From: Ignavibacteriaceae bacterium
GTDB taxonomy: Bacteria; Bacteroidota; Ignavibacteria; Ignavibacteriales; Ignavibacteriaceae
Direction: 5' to 3'
Assembly: GCA_046704255.1 (NCBI GenBank)
Contig: JBJKSH010000164.1
Coordinates: 1,465 to 65,464 of the forward strand
Length of the DNA stretch: 64,000 bases
The position numbers were made by a program, and so were the translations under genes. Within the stretch, counting starts at the first letter, position 1, and each line of letters starts with the position of its first letter. Positions 9,111 through 17,573 of the stretch are shown here, piece after piece. Below the pieces are notes generated by a model that saw only the letters and a list, made by a program, of their open reading frames with translations, was not told where the DNA came from and searched no databases.

Positions 9111-10729
9111 CAATTATTAATTAATTCGGCTTTTAAAATTTTCTTATCAATTTTTCCGTTCGGGCTTTTAGGCAGTTCATTTATAAATTCAACATATTTC
9201 GGAACCATAAATGATTCCATGTTTTCCGAACAAAACTGAAGAATAAAATTAGCATCAATCGACTGTTCATCTTTTTTAACAATATAAGCTTTAATAGCCT
9301 GGCCAAACACTTCATCCGCTACACCGATTACTGCTGCTTCGGCAACTCCTTCTATTGAACATAAAATATTTTCAATTTCCTTGGGGCTTATTCTTTCTCC
9401 TTTGGATTTTATCATATCGTCTTTTCTTCCTAGAAAATACAAATATCCTTCTTCATCTTTACGAAAGAGATCACCCGTATAAAGAAGAACTTCTCCCGGC
9501 ATCTTTCCGCTGCGGTATACTCTAGATGTTAATTCAGGCGAGTTCCAGTAACCGCGCATTACATTTGAACCTCTGACAACAAGTTCGCCAACCGTGCCGT
9601 TTGATACTTCATTTCCTTCTTCGTCAAATATAAAAACTTCACAATTCGGTATTGCTTTGCCAACAGAATCTGGACGAATAGATATTTGTTCCGGCGGCAG
9701 ATAAGCTATCCGCTTGCATTCGGTAAGACCGAACATAGAATAAATTTTTATGTAAGGAAATAATTCGTTAAATTTTTGAATATGCGGTACGGGGAATGCG
9801 GCGCCTGTATTTGTTATATATCTTACCGATTCCAGTTTGTACTTATCTATTCCTCTCATCTTTAGCAATAATGCAATAATCGTAGGAACAATGGGAAAGC
9901 CGGTAATCTTTTCTTCTTCAATTTTTTGCAGAATTTTTACCGGGAACATAAATGAAGTTTCAAGCACCAAAGTTCCGCCGAACATAACACACATAATCAT
10001 CTGATACAATCCGTAATCAAAGGAAAGCGGCAAAACATTTAGAAGAATATCATTGGAGTCATTTTCCAGATATTCAATTATGCTGCGGGCGGCAGAAATC
10101 ATATTGAAGTGCGAGCTAATGACTCCTTTAGGCTCACCTGTAGAACCCGAAGTATAAATTAATGCTGCCAGATCATAATCTATAACCTTCTTCATTCTTT
10201 CACTTAATTTGCTGTCTGGTACCCGGTTTTGAGAATTTAATAATTCATCATAATTAAAAACCTCATGAACGCCGTCTATATTGTTTACAAAATCATGGTT
10301 AACATAAATTATTTTCAAACCGGTTTTTATTTTTTCAGCCGCTTTACTTACAACTTCGCATTTTTTTGAGTGGGCAATAATAATCTTTGTACCGGAATCC
10401 TTAATAATGTACTCCAGTTTATTGGCTTTTACAGAAGAGTTTAAAACTACAAAAGCGCCGCCGGCTTTTAAAATTCCCCAAACAGAAATTACTGTCTCGA
10501 CCGAATTATCCAAAAAAATAATTACGCGGTCGTGTCTTTCAAGCCCAAGCTCAAGTAAAGAAGCTGCAAGCTGATTACTCCGCTGATCGATATCCGAATA
10601 AGTAAGTCTTTGCCTTCCGAAAATTAATGCTTCCTTATCAGGAAATTCTTTAGCATCCTTAATTAAAAAATTATGCAAAACTCTAGGTTGAAATAATTCG
10701 TCTATCATAATTTCCTTATCATAAATCAA
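9110..10729 (-). CDS. ANL-superfamily AMP-dependent synthetase/ligase
   Basis: YTSGSTGEPKGV, YTGDL, GRKDDMIKSKGERISPKEIE and PKSPNGKIDKK core motifs. TTG start lies 2 nt after the AsnB stop. An alternative ATG at 10708 has an AAGGA RBS. Confidence 0.85.
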   Translation of the reverse strand: MIYDKEIMIDELFQPRVLHNFLIKDAKEFPDKEALIFGRQRLTYSDIDQRSNQLAASLLELGLERHDRVIIFLDNSVETVISVWGILKAGGAFVVLNSSVKANKLEYIIKDSGTKIIIAHSKKCEVVSKAAEKIKTGLKIIYVNHDFVNNIDGVHEVFNYDELLNSQNRVPDSKLSERMKKVIDYDLAALIYTSGSTGEPKGVISSHFNMISAARSIIEYLENDSNDILLNVLPLSFDYGLYQMIMCVMFGGTLVLETSFMFPVKILQKIEEEKITGFPIVPTIIALLLKMRGIDKYKLESVRYITNTGAAFPVPHIQKFNELFPYIKIYSMFGLTECKRIAYLPPEQISIRPDSVGKAIPNCEVFIFDEEGNEVSNGTVGELVVRGSNVMRGYWNSPELTSRVYRSGKMPGEVLLYTGDLFRKDEEGYLYFLGRKDDMIKSKGERISPKEIENILCSIEGVAEAAVIGVADEVFGQAIKAYIVKKDEQSIDANFILQFCSENMESFMVPKYVEFINELPKSPNGKIDKKILKAELINN

Positions 10730-10731
10730 TT

Positions 10732-12717
10732 TTATGAAATACTTGTTACTGTTCTTTTATCAAAAACAACGGTAAAGTCAACCGGCTTAACATTTACAGA
10801 ATCAAAATTCTCAATAAATTTGTCGTAAACAATTTGAGTTGATAAAATACCGACTAAAGCCATATTATCAAATTCACCCGCTGTATCTATGCCGGATAAT
10901 TTTTCTTTTAATTTCAAAACCATTAAAGGATTAAAGAGATTATTATTCTTTAGATTATCTTCCGATAGATAATCTTCAATATAATCCAGTTTATTATTCA
11001 GCAGACTGTTTTTAATTGGAGCCCTGTACGGATGTTTAGGCCTGCCGGAAATTGATTGAGGAAGAATATCCTTAAATACTTTCTTTAAAATAAACTTTTC
11101 ATTTAATCCCCTTATTTTTAAATATGAAGGCACTTTACTCATTAGTTCAATTAACCTGTAGTCTAGATAAGGCATTCTTATTTCCAATGAATGCGCCATT
11201 GCTACTCTGTCACCCTGCGAACTAAGCAGATAGTTGGAGAGAAATAACTTCATTTCCAGGAACTGTGCTTTGGATAATGCATCCCAATAAGAAAATTTTT
11301 CCGGTAGAATCCCCGAAAGTTCAACAAACGGATCGTAGCCGTTTGTATTTTCTCTAATATCATTACTGAAAAATCTTTTTATCTTAGAAGTATTTTGCCA
11401 GCGAATTAAATGAGAAAAGAACGGATTGCCCGGCTGCTCTATTCCGGCTTTAAAAAATGATCTTAATACCGCTTTACTTTTGGCATCTTTAAAAATATAA
11501 GGATAAAGTTTTTCAAGAAGCATCGGCCTTATTTTGGATTCGGGAAACTTTGACCAGAATGCTCTTACCAAAGTTTCTCTAAAAATATTATAGCCGCCGA
11601 AAACTTCATCGGAACCTTCGCCGGTTAATACAACTCTAAAACCTGAATCTCTTGCAAGCCCGGATAATATAAACAATGGTACAGGAGATAATCTAAGCAA
11701 GGGGATTTCACAATGCCATAAGACTTCCGGAAGAAGTTCACCGATAGATTTATTTTTTACAAGAACAGTATGATGATCTACTTTTAAATTTTTAACCATT
11801 ATATCCTGGAATTCACCCTCATCAAAAGCAGCATCCTCAAACCGTATTCCAAAAGTTTTCAGTTTGTTGTTAAAGTTATTATTTATTATAGCTGTTATCC
11901 CGGAAGAATCCAGTCCGCCGCTTAAATAACTGCCTACAGGTACATCTGCCCTCAACCTAATTGCAACCGAATCCAAAAGCAATTCTTTAACCTGCTCGGC
12001 AATTTCACCGGAAGTATAATTTACAAGTTCATCTGTCAAAGCAAAATCATAATCCCAATAGCGTTTAACCTTAATGTTTCCGTCTTTTATTTTTAAATAG
12101 CAGCCAGCCTGAAGCTCATAAATATTTTTAAAGAATGTTTTACCCGGTAGTATTGTCCAGAATGTAAAAATCTGATTTAATGATTCCGGAGCAATTTCAC
12201 GTTCAATTTCTTTACATGCAAATATAGATTTTATTTCCGAACCGAAATAAAATTTATTTTTGTAAACTGAATAATAAAGCGGTTTCTTACCCACCCTGTC
12301 GCGTGCAATAAAAAGTTCCTTACTTTGAGCATTCCAAACTACAAATGCAAACTGCCCGTTAAGTTTGTTAACACATTGCTCTTTTTCATCTTCAAAAAGA
12401 TGAAGGATTACCTCCGTATCGGAGTTTGTATAAAAACTGTGGCCTTTTTTTTCAAGGTCATTTTTTAATTCCGTGTAATTGTATATCTCACCGTTAAAAA
12501 TAATCCATAGAGTTTTATCTTCATTATGAATCGGCTGGGTACCGTTCTCCAAATCTATAATGCTAAGACGTGTCTGAGCCATCCCGATTTTTTCATCTAC
12601 ATAAGCACCGGATTGGTTTGGACCGCGATGCCTAATGTACCCGGCCATTGTTCTCAAAGTATTTATGGAAACCGGTTCCGATTCCGTCATATTCAATATT
12701 CCGGTAATTCCGCACAT
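10732..12717 (-). CDS. Asparagine synthetase B-type glutamine amidotransferase (intact)
   Basis: MCGI N-terminal nucleophile, NGEIYN, ARDRVGKKPLYY, PP-loop SGGLDSS. 661 aa. The start is 1 nt after the ACP stop. Confidence 0.85.
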   Translation of the reverse strand: MCGITGILNMTESEPVSINTLRTMAGYIRHRGPNQSGAYVDEKIGMAQTRLSIIDLENGTQPIHNEDKTLWIIFNGEIYNYTELKNDLEKKGHSFYTNSDTEVILHLFEDEKEQCVNKLNGQFAFVVWNAQSKELFIARDRVGKKPLYYSVYKNKFYFGSEIKSIFACKEIEREIAPESLNQIFTFWTILPGKTFFKNIYELQAGCYLKIKDGNIKVKRYWDYDFALTDELVNYTSGEIAEQVKELLLDSVAIRLRADVPVGSYLSGGLDSSGITAIINNNFNNKLKTFGIRFEDAAFDEGEFQDIMVKNLKVDHHTVLVKNKSIGELLPEVLWHCEIPLLRLSPVPLFILSGLARDSGFRVVLTGEGSDEVFGGYNIFRETLVRAFWSKFPESKIRPMLLEKLYPYIFKDAKSKAVLRSFFKAGIEQPGNPFFSHLIRWQNTSKIKRFFSNDIRENTNGYDPFVELSGILPEKFSYWDALSKAQFLEMKLFLSNYLLSSQGDRVAMAHSLEIRMPYLDYRLIELMSKVPSYLKIRGLNEKFILKKVFKDILPQSISGRPKHPYRAPIKNSLLNNKLDYIEDYLSEDNLKNNNLFNPLMVLKLKEKLSGIDTAGEFDNMALVGILSTQIVYDKFIENFDSVNVKPVDFTVVFDKRTVTSIS

Positions 12718-12718
12718 G

Positions 12719-12979
12719 TCAGCTTGCCTTAGCTATTTCAGATTGTTTACGCTTAATAAATTCACTCACCTTATTTATGGAAGAAAAATTTTCAGGAATA
12801 AGTTCCTCATCTTCAACTACTATGTTAAATGTTTCTTCAACAAAGCTAACAAGTTCAACGATCCCGGTAGAATCAATTATTCCTTTTTCAAAAAAGCCGG
12901 TATCATTTCCAAGCGAATCTGCCTGGCCGAAAAGAAAGTTATCTACAATAAAAGTCTTTAACTTTTCAGTTTGTTCCAC
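12719..12979 (-). CDS. Acyl/peptidyl carrier protein
   Basis: 86-aa acidic protein with the carrier-protein signature around GIIDSTGIVELV (the Ser is a candidate phosphopantetheine site). GTG start preceded by a GGAAGGAG RBS. Confidence 0.7.
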   Translation of the reverse strand: MEQTEKLKTFIVDNFLFGQADSLGNDTGFFEKGIIDSTGIVELVSFVEETFNIVVEDEELIPENFSSINKVSEFIKRKQSEIAKAS

Positions 12980-13121
12980 TTTTAACTCCTTCCATTTTAT
13001 TTTAATTTTATCTTAATACTTATTATTTGTTAAGTTACTAACAAACACTCCGTAAAAATATTCTTATAAGAATTTTAAAAACAATCCCGGTCCAAAAAAT
13101 TTTTCAGGTATTAAATATTTT

Positions 13122-14462
13122 TTATTTCCATTTGTTTGAAACATTGGATATAATAAGCCGGAACTTCCCGCCGCCTGTATAATCAACACCGTTAAAATCA
13201 AAATTCACATTTAGATCGGGCAGCAGGCCTTTATGAATTTCGGACTTAATAATTTCCAAATCCTTTTCATCAGGTTCGTTCGACTTTGAAATTTTAATCG
13301 TAAGGTCATCAATATCATTTTGAATTATTTGATATTGTTTTATCCAATCTGCATTATACAAAACATTTAAGTGATTAAAAAATGCGCCGTGAATATAGCG
13401 GCCGTCCCTTAGCACAATAAAGTCACGTATTCTACCTCCAAGCTCCTTAATTTTATCCAGGTTCCTGCCGCATTGGCAAGTATCATAGGAATAACTGCCG
13501 ACATCACCGGTTTCGTATCGTATCAGCGGAAATGCATAATTGAACAACGGAGTGCTAATTATTTTTCCAAGGCCGTTTTCATTCTTTTCGGCTATTTCAA
13601 CAAAAGCAGATTCCATATTCAAATGATAGCCGTTGTGCCTGCTGCATTCGAATGAAAATAAACCACCTTCCGGACAGCCGTAAAGATCGAATACTTTTGC
13701 ACCGAACACTTCCTCAATAACCTCCCTTTGGCTTTTATATAACATATCCGAAGTTGTTATTATTGCATTCAGCTTTCCCTTAAGTGAAATTGAATTTGAC
13801 TTACAGAACTGAGATAATAAATAAACAGATGACGAGTAACCGAAAATATATTTTGCTCCCGATGAAGAAATAGTGGCGGAAATATTTTTTAACTTTTCAT
13901 CCGTTAAATGATAACTTGTAATTAAAACCGCATTCTGAAGAAAGTTATAAATGTTTCTTTTAAATTGAGAAGTATTAGGCAGCAGTGAACCGCCTGCAAA
14001 ATTTATAAATTTGTCACCGGGCTCAAACCCGCCTGCATTCCATGCGCGGAAAATATTTGCCCACATATAGCTGTGTGAAAGCTTGTCTCTGTACGTAAGA
14101 AAAGGCTTTCCCGTTGTCCCCCCTGTTTGCGTAATGCGCGGCTTAAATGAATTAAAATTTGCGGCTTTTATTTCATTGAAGTTACGTCTTACAATGTCTT
14201 TACCGGTTGTGGGCAACTGTTTAATGTCATCAATATTTTTTAAATCCCCCGGTTGAAAAGAAATTTGATTAAACAATTTTGTATAATACGGAACATTTTT
14301 ATATGCATGTTCAATAAGAAGCCTCAATGCTGAAAATTGAATTTCTCTTAATTCATCTTCAGATGCATACTGCTTCTTAACAATATTTTTATATATCTTT
14401 AGTGTATCGGTTTTTCTAAAGAAGTCTAATATTTTATAATTTAACTGAAATATTGGGTTCAT
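13122..14462 (-). CDS. PaaK / coenzyme F390 synthetase / CapK-like adenylate-forming enzyme
   Basis: 446 aa. TGGTTGKPF P-loop-like motif, YGCPEGG, and a C-terminal small domain. The overall layout matches the COG1541 family often annotated CapK in capsule loci. Confidence 0.7.
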   Translation of the reverse strand: MNPIFQLNYKILDFFRKTDTLKIYKNIVKKQYASEDELREIQFSALRLLIEHAYKNVPYYTKLFNQISFQPGDLKNIDDIKQLPTTGKDIVRRNFNEIKAANFNSFKPRITQTGGTTGKPFLTYRDKLSHSYMWANIFRAWNAGGFEPGDKFINFAGGSLLPNTSQFKRNIYNFLQNAVLITSYHLTDEKLKNISATISSSGAKYIFGYSSSVYLLSQFCKSNSISLKGKLNAIITTSDMLYKSQREVIEEVFGAKVFDLYGCPEGGLFSFECSRHNGYHLNMESAFVEIAEKNENGLGKIISTPLFNYAFPLIRYETGDVGSYSYDTCQCGRNLDKIKELGGRIRDFIVLRDGRYIHGAFFNHLNVLYNADWIKQYQIIQNDIDDLTIKISKSNEPDEKDLEIIKSEIHKGLLPDLNVNFDFNGVDYTGGGKFRLIISNVSNKWK

Positions 14463-14488
14463 AATTCTAGTTTAAGTTTTCTTTCGGT

Positions 14489-15667
14489 TTATTTTAATTC
14501 GCCCGGTTCTCCATCATTCGACAGAATCTTTTCTGCAACCGCCCGCCAGGTATAACCCCGGACTATCTTCAAACCTTTTTCGATTCTTTCACTGTTATTC
14601 TTCATTACGGCGGAATCAAGATGTTCTAGAAATTGTTCTTTCGTCTTTGCAGAGTAAACTATCTCACGGTAATTTTCATTTACCTCTTCAATTAAAGTAG
14701 AAACGACAGGCTTACCGAGAGATAAATATTCATTTAATTTTAAAGGCGATGAATTTTTAATCCAATCTCTTCTTACCCAAAACATAATACACACATCAAA
14801 CTGCAATGCATAAGCAGGAAGTTCATCATAAGTTTTTTTACCCGTGAAAAATATATTTGATCGCTTTTCCAATTTAGGCAATGATATATCTTTTCTTCCT
14901 ATAAATACAAAATTATAATCAGGCCTTTCCTTGGAGCAGTATTCAATAACATCCCAATCGTTGGAATCGGTAAGCGTTCCGTAATAGCCTATAATTGGGT
15001 GCTTGATTGATTTAAGATCAGAAGGAATTTCAATTTGACCTTTGCGGCCGGTATTAAAATGCTCAAAGTCTACTGCGTGAGGAAGGTAATAAATATTTCC
15101 TCTTCCGTTTTTGGTTGTAAGATTGGAATAAATTTCTTTAGACGCACAATATATTATATCGGAATTTTTATATAATAAGTTATCAAGATATTCAAGATAC
15201 TTCCGTGAATCATTATTCAATTCCCTGTAGGCTGTATAATAATCGGAATAATAATAAATTGATTTTGAATAGCCGATAAGATTTAATGCAAAAGCATATA
15301 ACGGCGTACTGAAAAATAAAACTGGTTTTTTTATCCCGAGCATTGCTGTTATAAAAGATATTTGCAAATGGAATATTATTTTATTCAGATTAAAATAAAA
15401 GCCCCTGCTAAATACAGGAAGGAGTACGGGAGTATAAACGTAAAAATTATCGTCTGCCTTTTTTAAAAATTTGAAAATACTTTTTAATTTCCTGATAATT
15501 CTATTTGAAAAATTCTTCTTTTTAATCGAGGGGAAGCGGGTGCCGAGCGGGTTTATCCACAAAACTTTATACCCGAGTTCTACAAAGTTTTTTGTTATAT
15601 GATACCTGGAATGCGGATTGCTGTTCCAGTAATCATCGCTTGAAAAATGAATAATACTCTCAGTCAT
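14489..15667 (-). CDS. GT-B fold glycosyltransferase (TuaH-like)
   Basis: C-terminal SSPLKLNEYLSLGKPVVST motif typical of GT4/GT1-clan enzymes. The ATG at 15667 overlaps the upstream stop as ATGA. The track's TTG at 15676 is probably too long. Confidence 0.65.
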   Translation of the reverse strand: MTESIIHFSSDDYWNSNPHSRYHITKNFVELGYKVLWINPLGTRFPSIKKKNFSNRIIRKLKSIFKFLKKADDNFYVYTPVLLPVFSRGFYFNLNKIIFHLQISFITAMLGIKKPVLFFSTPLYAFALNLIGYSKSIYYYSDYYTAYRELNNDSRKYLEYLDNLLYKNSDIIYCASKEIYSNLTTKNGRGNIYYLPHAVDFEHFNTGRKGQIEIPSDLKSIKHPIIGYYGTLTDSNDWDVIEYCSKERPDYNFVFIGRKDISLPKLEKRSNIFFTGKKTYDELPAYALQFDVCIMFWVRRDWIKNSSPLKLNEYLSLGKPVVSTLIEEVNENYREIVYSAKTKEQFLEHLDSAVMKNNSERIEKGLKIVRGYTWRAVAEKILSNDGEPGELK

Positions 15668-16464
15668 CTTTTGCAATTGTTATAAATTTCAGAGAGTGAA
15701 GTAAAATTATACTTCTCCTCGATGCACCAATTTAAATAATCTTCAACTAATTTAATTTTACTCTTATTATTATGGTACCTATGATGAATAAGAACTCCGG
15801 TAGTTTTGTATCTTGAATACCGAATGGTCTTTGACTGCAATTCACTTAAAGTAAAGAATTCTGCGTCTTCATCTTCATTTAAATATTTCTTTATAAAGCT
15901 TATGTTCATATCAATTTCGAACAACTTTGTACCGGGGTAATAATCCAGGTTCCAGGAGACATGATGATTTAAGAAATAACCTTTATTAATTAAATGGCCG
16001 GCTTTGTAAAAAAGCTTTCTGGAAAGATCATCGTTGTAATGCGAATTAAGAACTTTATATCCAAGGTTATCTACGGCTTTAATAGCCGCCTTGTTGTATG
16101 GTGCATAGGGAAAATTAAATGCCGGAAACCATAAATCACCGAACCACTCATTCATTAATTCTTTACCCTGCTTAATATCATTGTATTGTTCTTCATAAGT
16201 CCTTTGTCCGCCGAACTCGCCTTTTAATATTTTATTCTTAATGGTATGATCGAAACCATGCTGCATAATTTCAATATAATCCGGAAAATCTTTTTTGGTT
16301 TTCAACATCCATTCGGCTACTTCCTTTGTAATGTTGGCAGGTTCTACCGCATGAGTAACCGGAATTTTCTTATCAATAAATAATTCGGTTATATCAATCA
16401 AAGACTGATCAAGTTTTTGGCGTACATCGTCGTTTCTAAAAAATATGTTTTTATTTTTTTCCAT
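15664..16464 (-). CDS. Divergent polysaccharide deacetylase-fold (NodB/CE4-like) protein
   Basis: FFRNDDV in place of TFDDG, and MQHGFDH matching the HxxxH metal motif. No signal peptide visible. Confidence 0.5.
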   Translation of the reverse strand: MEKNKNIFFRNDDVRQKLDQSLIDITELFIDKKIPVTHAVEPANITKEVAEWMLKTKKDFPDYIEIMQHGFDHTIKNKILKGEFGGQRTYEEQYNDIKQGKELMNEWFGDLWFPAFNFPYAPYNKAAIKAVDNLGYKVLNSHYNDDLSRKLFYKAGHLINKGYFLNHHVSWNLDYYPGTKLFEIDMNISFIKKYLNEDEDAEFFTLSELQSKTIRYSRYKTTGVLIHHRYHNNKSKIKLVEDYLNWCIEEKYNFTSLSEIYNNCKR

Positions 16465-16475
16465 GTATTGAGTTA

Positions 16476-17573
16476 CTATGTTGATTTTTTAACCGGCGTA
16501 CCCGGCAAAACCTGTTTTGTTAATTTAATAAACATTGAAAAGTGTTTTGCCTTTGGTTTTAAGATGTTCCTAATAATACCGCGAAAAATTAATTTGCCAG
16601 ATAAATACCTTAAATGTGTACTAAACTTCTTTCGGTACTTTTGTTTATTCAAAGCAAGAGGCTGCGATATTTTAAGCAGCACTGAAATTATTTTACTGTA
16701 CTTTTTCCCTGTAATTTTTTTTACTGCTGCATGTTTTTGATCATAATAGACGGGAATGATTTCCCATTTTAAATATCTTTTATCTGCAATATTTATTTTA
16801 ACGGCTAGCCCTGTTCTTTCTTTTTTAGACCATCTAAGTTTTTGCGGTTCATTAAAAGACGGGAAAAGAAAATTTCCCAGGCTGTACAAAATAGGTTTGC
16901 ACTTGTAGATTTCGTACCCCTGAAATACATGAGGATGGTGGCCGAATACTGCGCTTGCCCCGTTGTCTATTAAAGCTCTTGCAATTTCCATATCATCAGG
17001 AACCGGGTAATCGGCAAACTCTTTACCGAAATGTAATGCCACAAAAAAATAATCAACCAGCTTAGAATATTCTCTAACCTCTTCAATCGTCTTTCTATTT
17101 AAAATCGATATAAACTCACCCGGCTTATTCTGCAAATGATCGCCAACCCATCTTGCATCGGAACTGTACGCCGCCAGTCCGATTTTAACTCCGTTCATTT
17201 CAAATAAGTAAGGCTTTCTAGCTTCTACCTGACTGCTTCCGATACCGAAGACCTGAATATTGTTTTCATTTAAAAACGTTTTTGTCTTTAGCAAATTCTG
17301 CAGATTATAATCCATCGCATGGTTATTTGCCATGGAAAAGACAAATTTCCTGCTGTTAATAATTTTATTCAGTGCATTTAAATCTCCCGGTACTTTGCTT
17401 GATCTGTTATTGATTGGAGTATACTCAAACGGTACGGTGCACTCCAGGTTTGCCCAAATAAAATTACATGATGAAAATTCGGGATCCATTTCCCGCAAAG
17501 GATCCACATTTAGATTTGTTAACGTTCCGCCCGGAACCATATCACCAACTACCGCAAATTCTATTTCACTCAT
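16476..17573 (-). CDS. CapA/PgsA-family (metallophosphatase-fold) protein
   Basis: VVGDM, WANLEC, SMANNHAMDYN and GHHPHV motifs typical of the PGA_cap/CapA family. It has a Lys-rich ~80-aa C-terminal extension. Its ATG lies 8 nt inside the upstream gene. Confidence 0.65.
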   Translation of the reverse strand: MSEIEFAVVGDMVPGGTLTNLNVDPLREMDPEFSSCNFIWANLECTVPFEYTPINNRSSKVPGDLNALNKIINSRKFVFSMANNHAMDYNLQNLLKTKTFLNENNIQVFGIGSSQVEARKPYLFEMNGVKIGLAAYSSDARWVGDHLQNKPGEFISILNRKTIEEVREYSKLVDYFFVALHFGKEFADYPVPDDMEIARALIDNGASAVFGHHPHVFQGYEIYKCKPILYSLGNFLFPSFNEPQKLRWSKKERTGLAVKINIADKRYLKWEIIPVYYDQKHAAVKKITGKKYSKIISVLLKISQPLALNKQKYRKKFSTHLRYLSGKLIFRGIIRNILKPKAKHFSMFIKLTKQVLPGTPVKKST

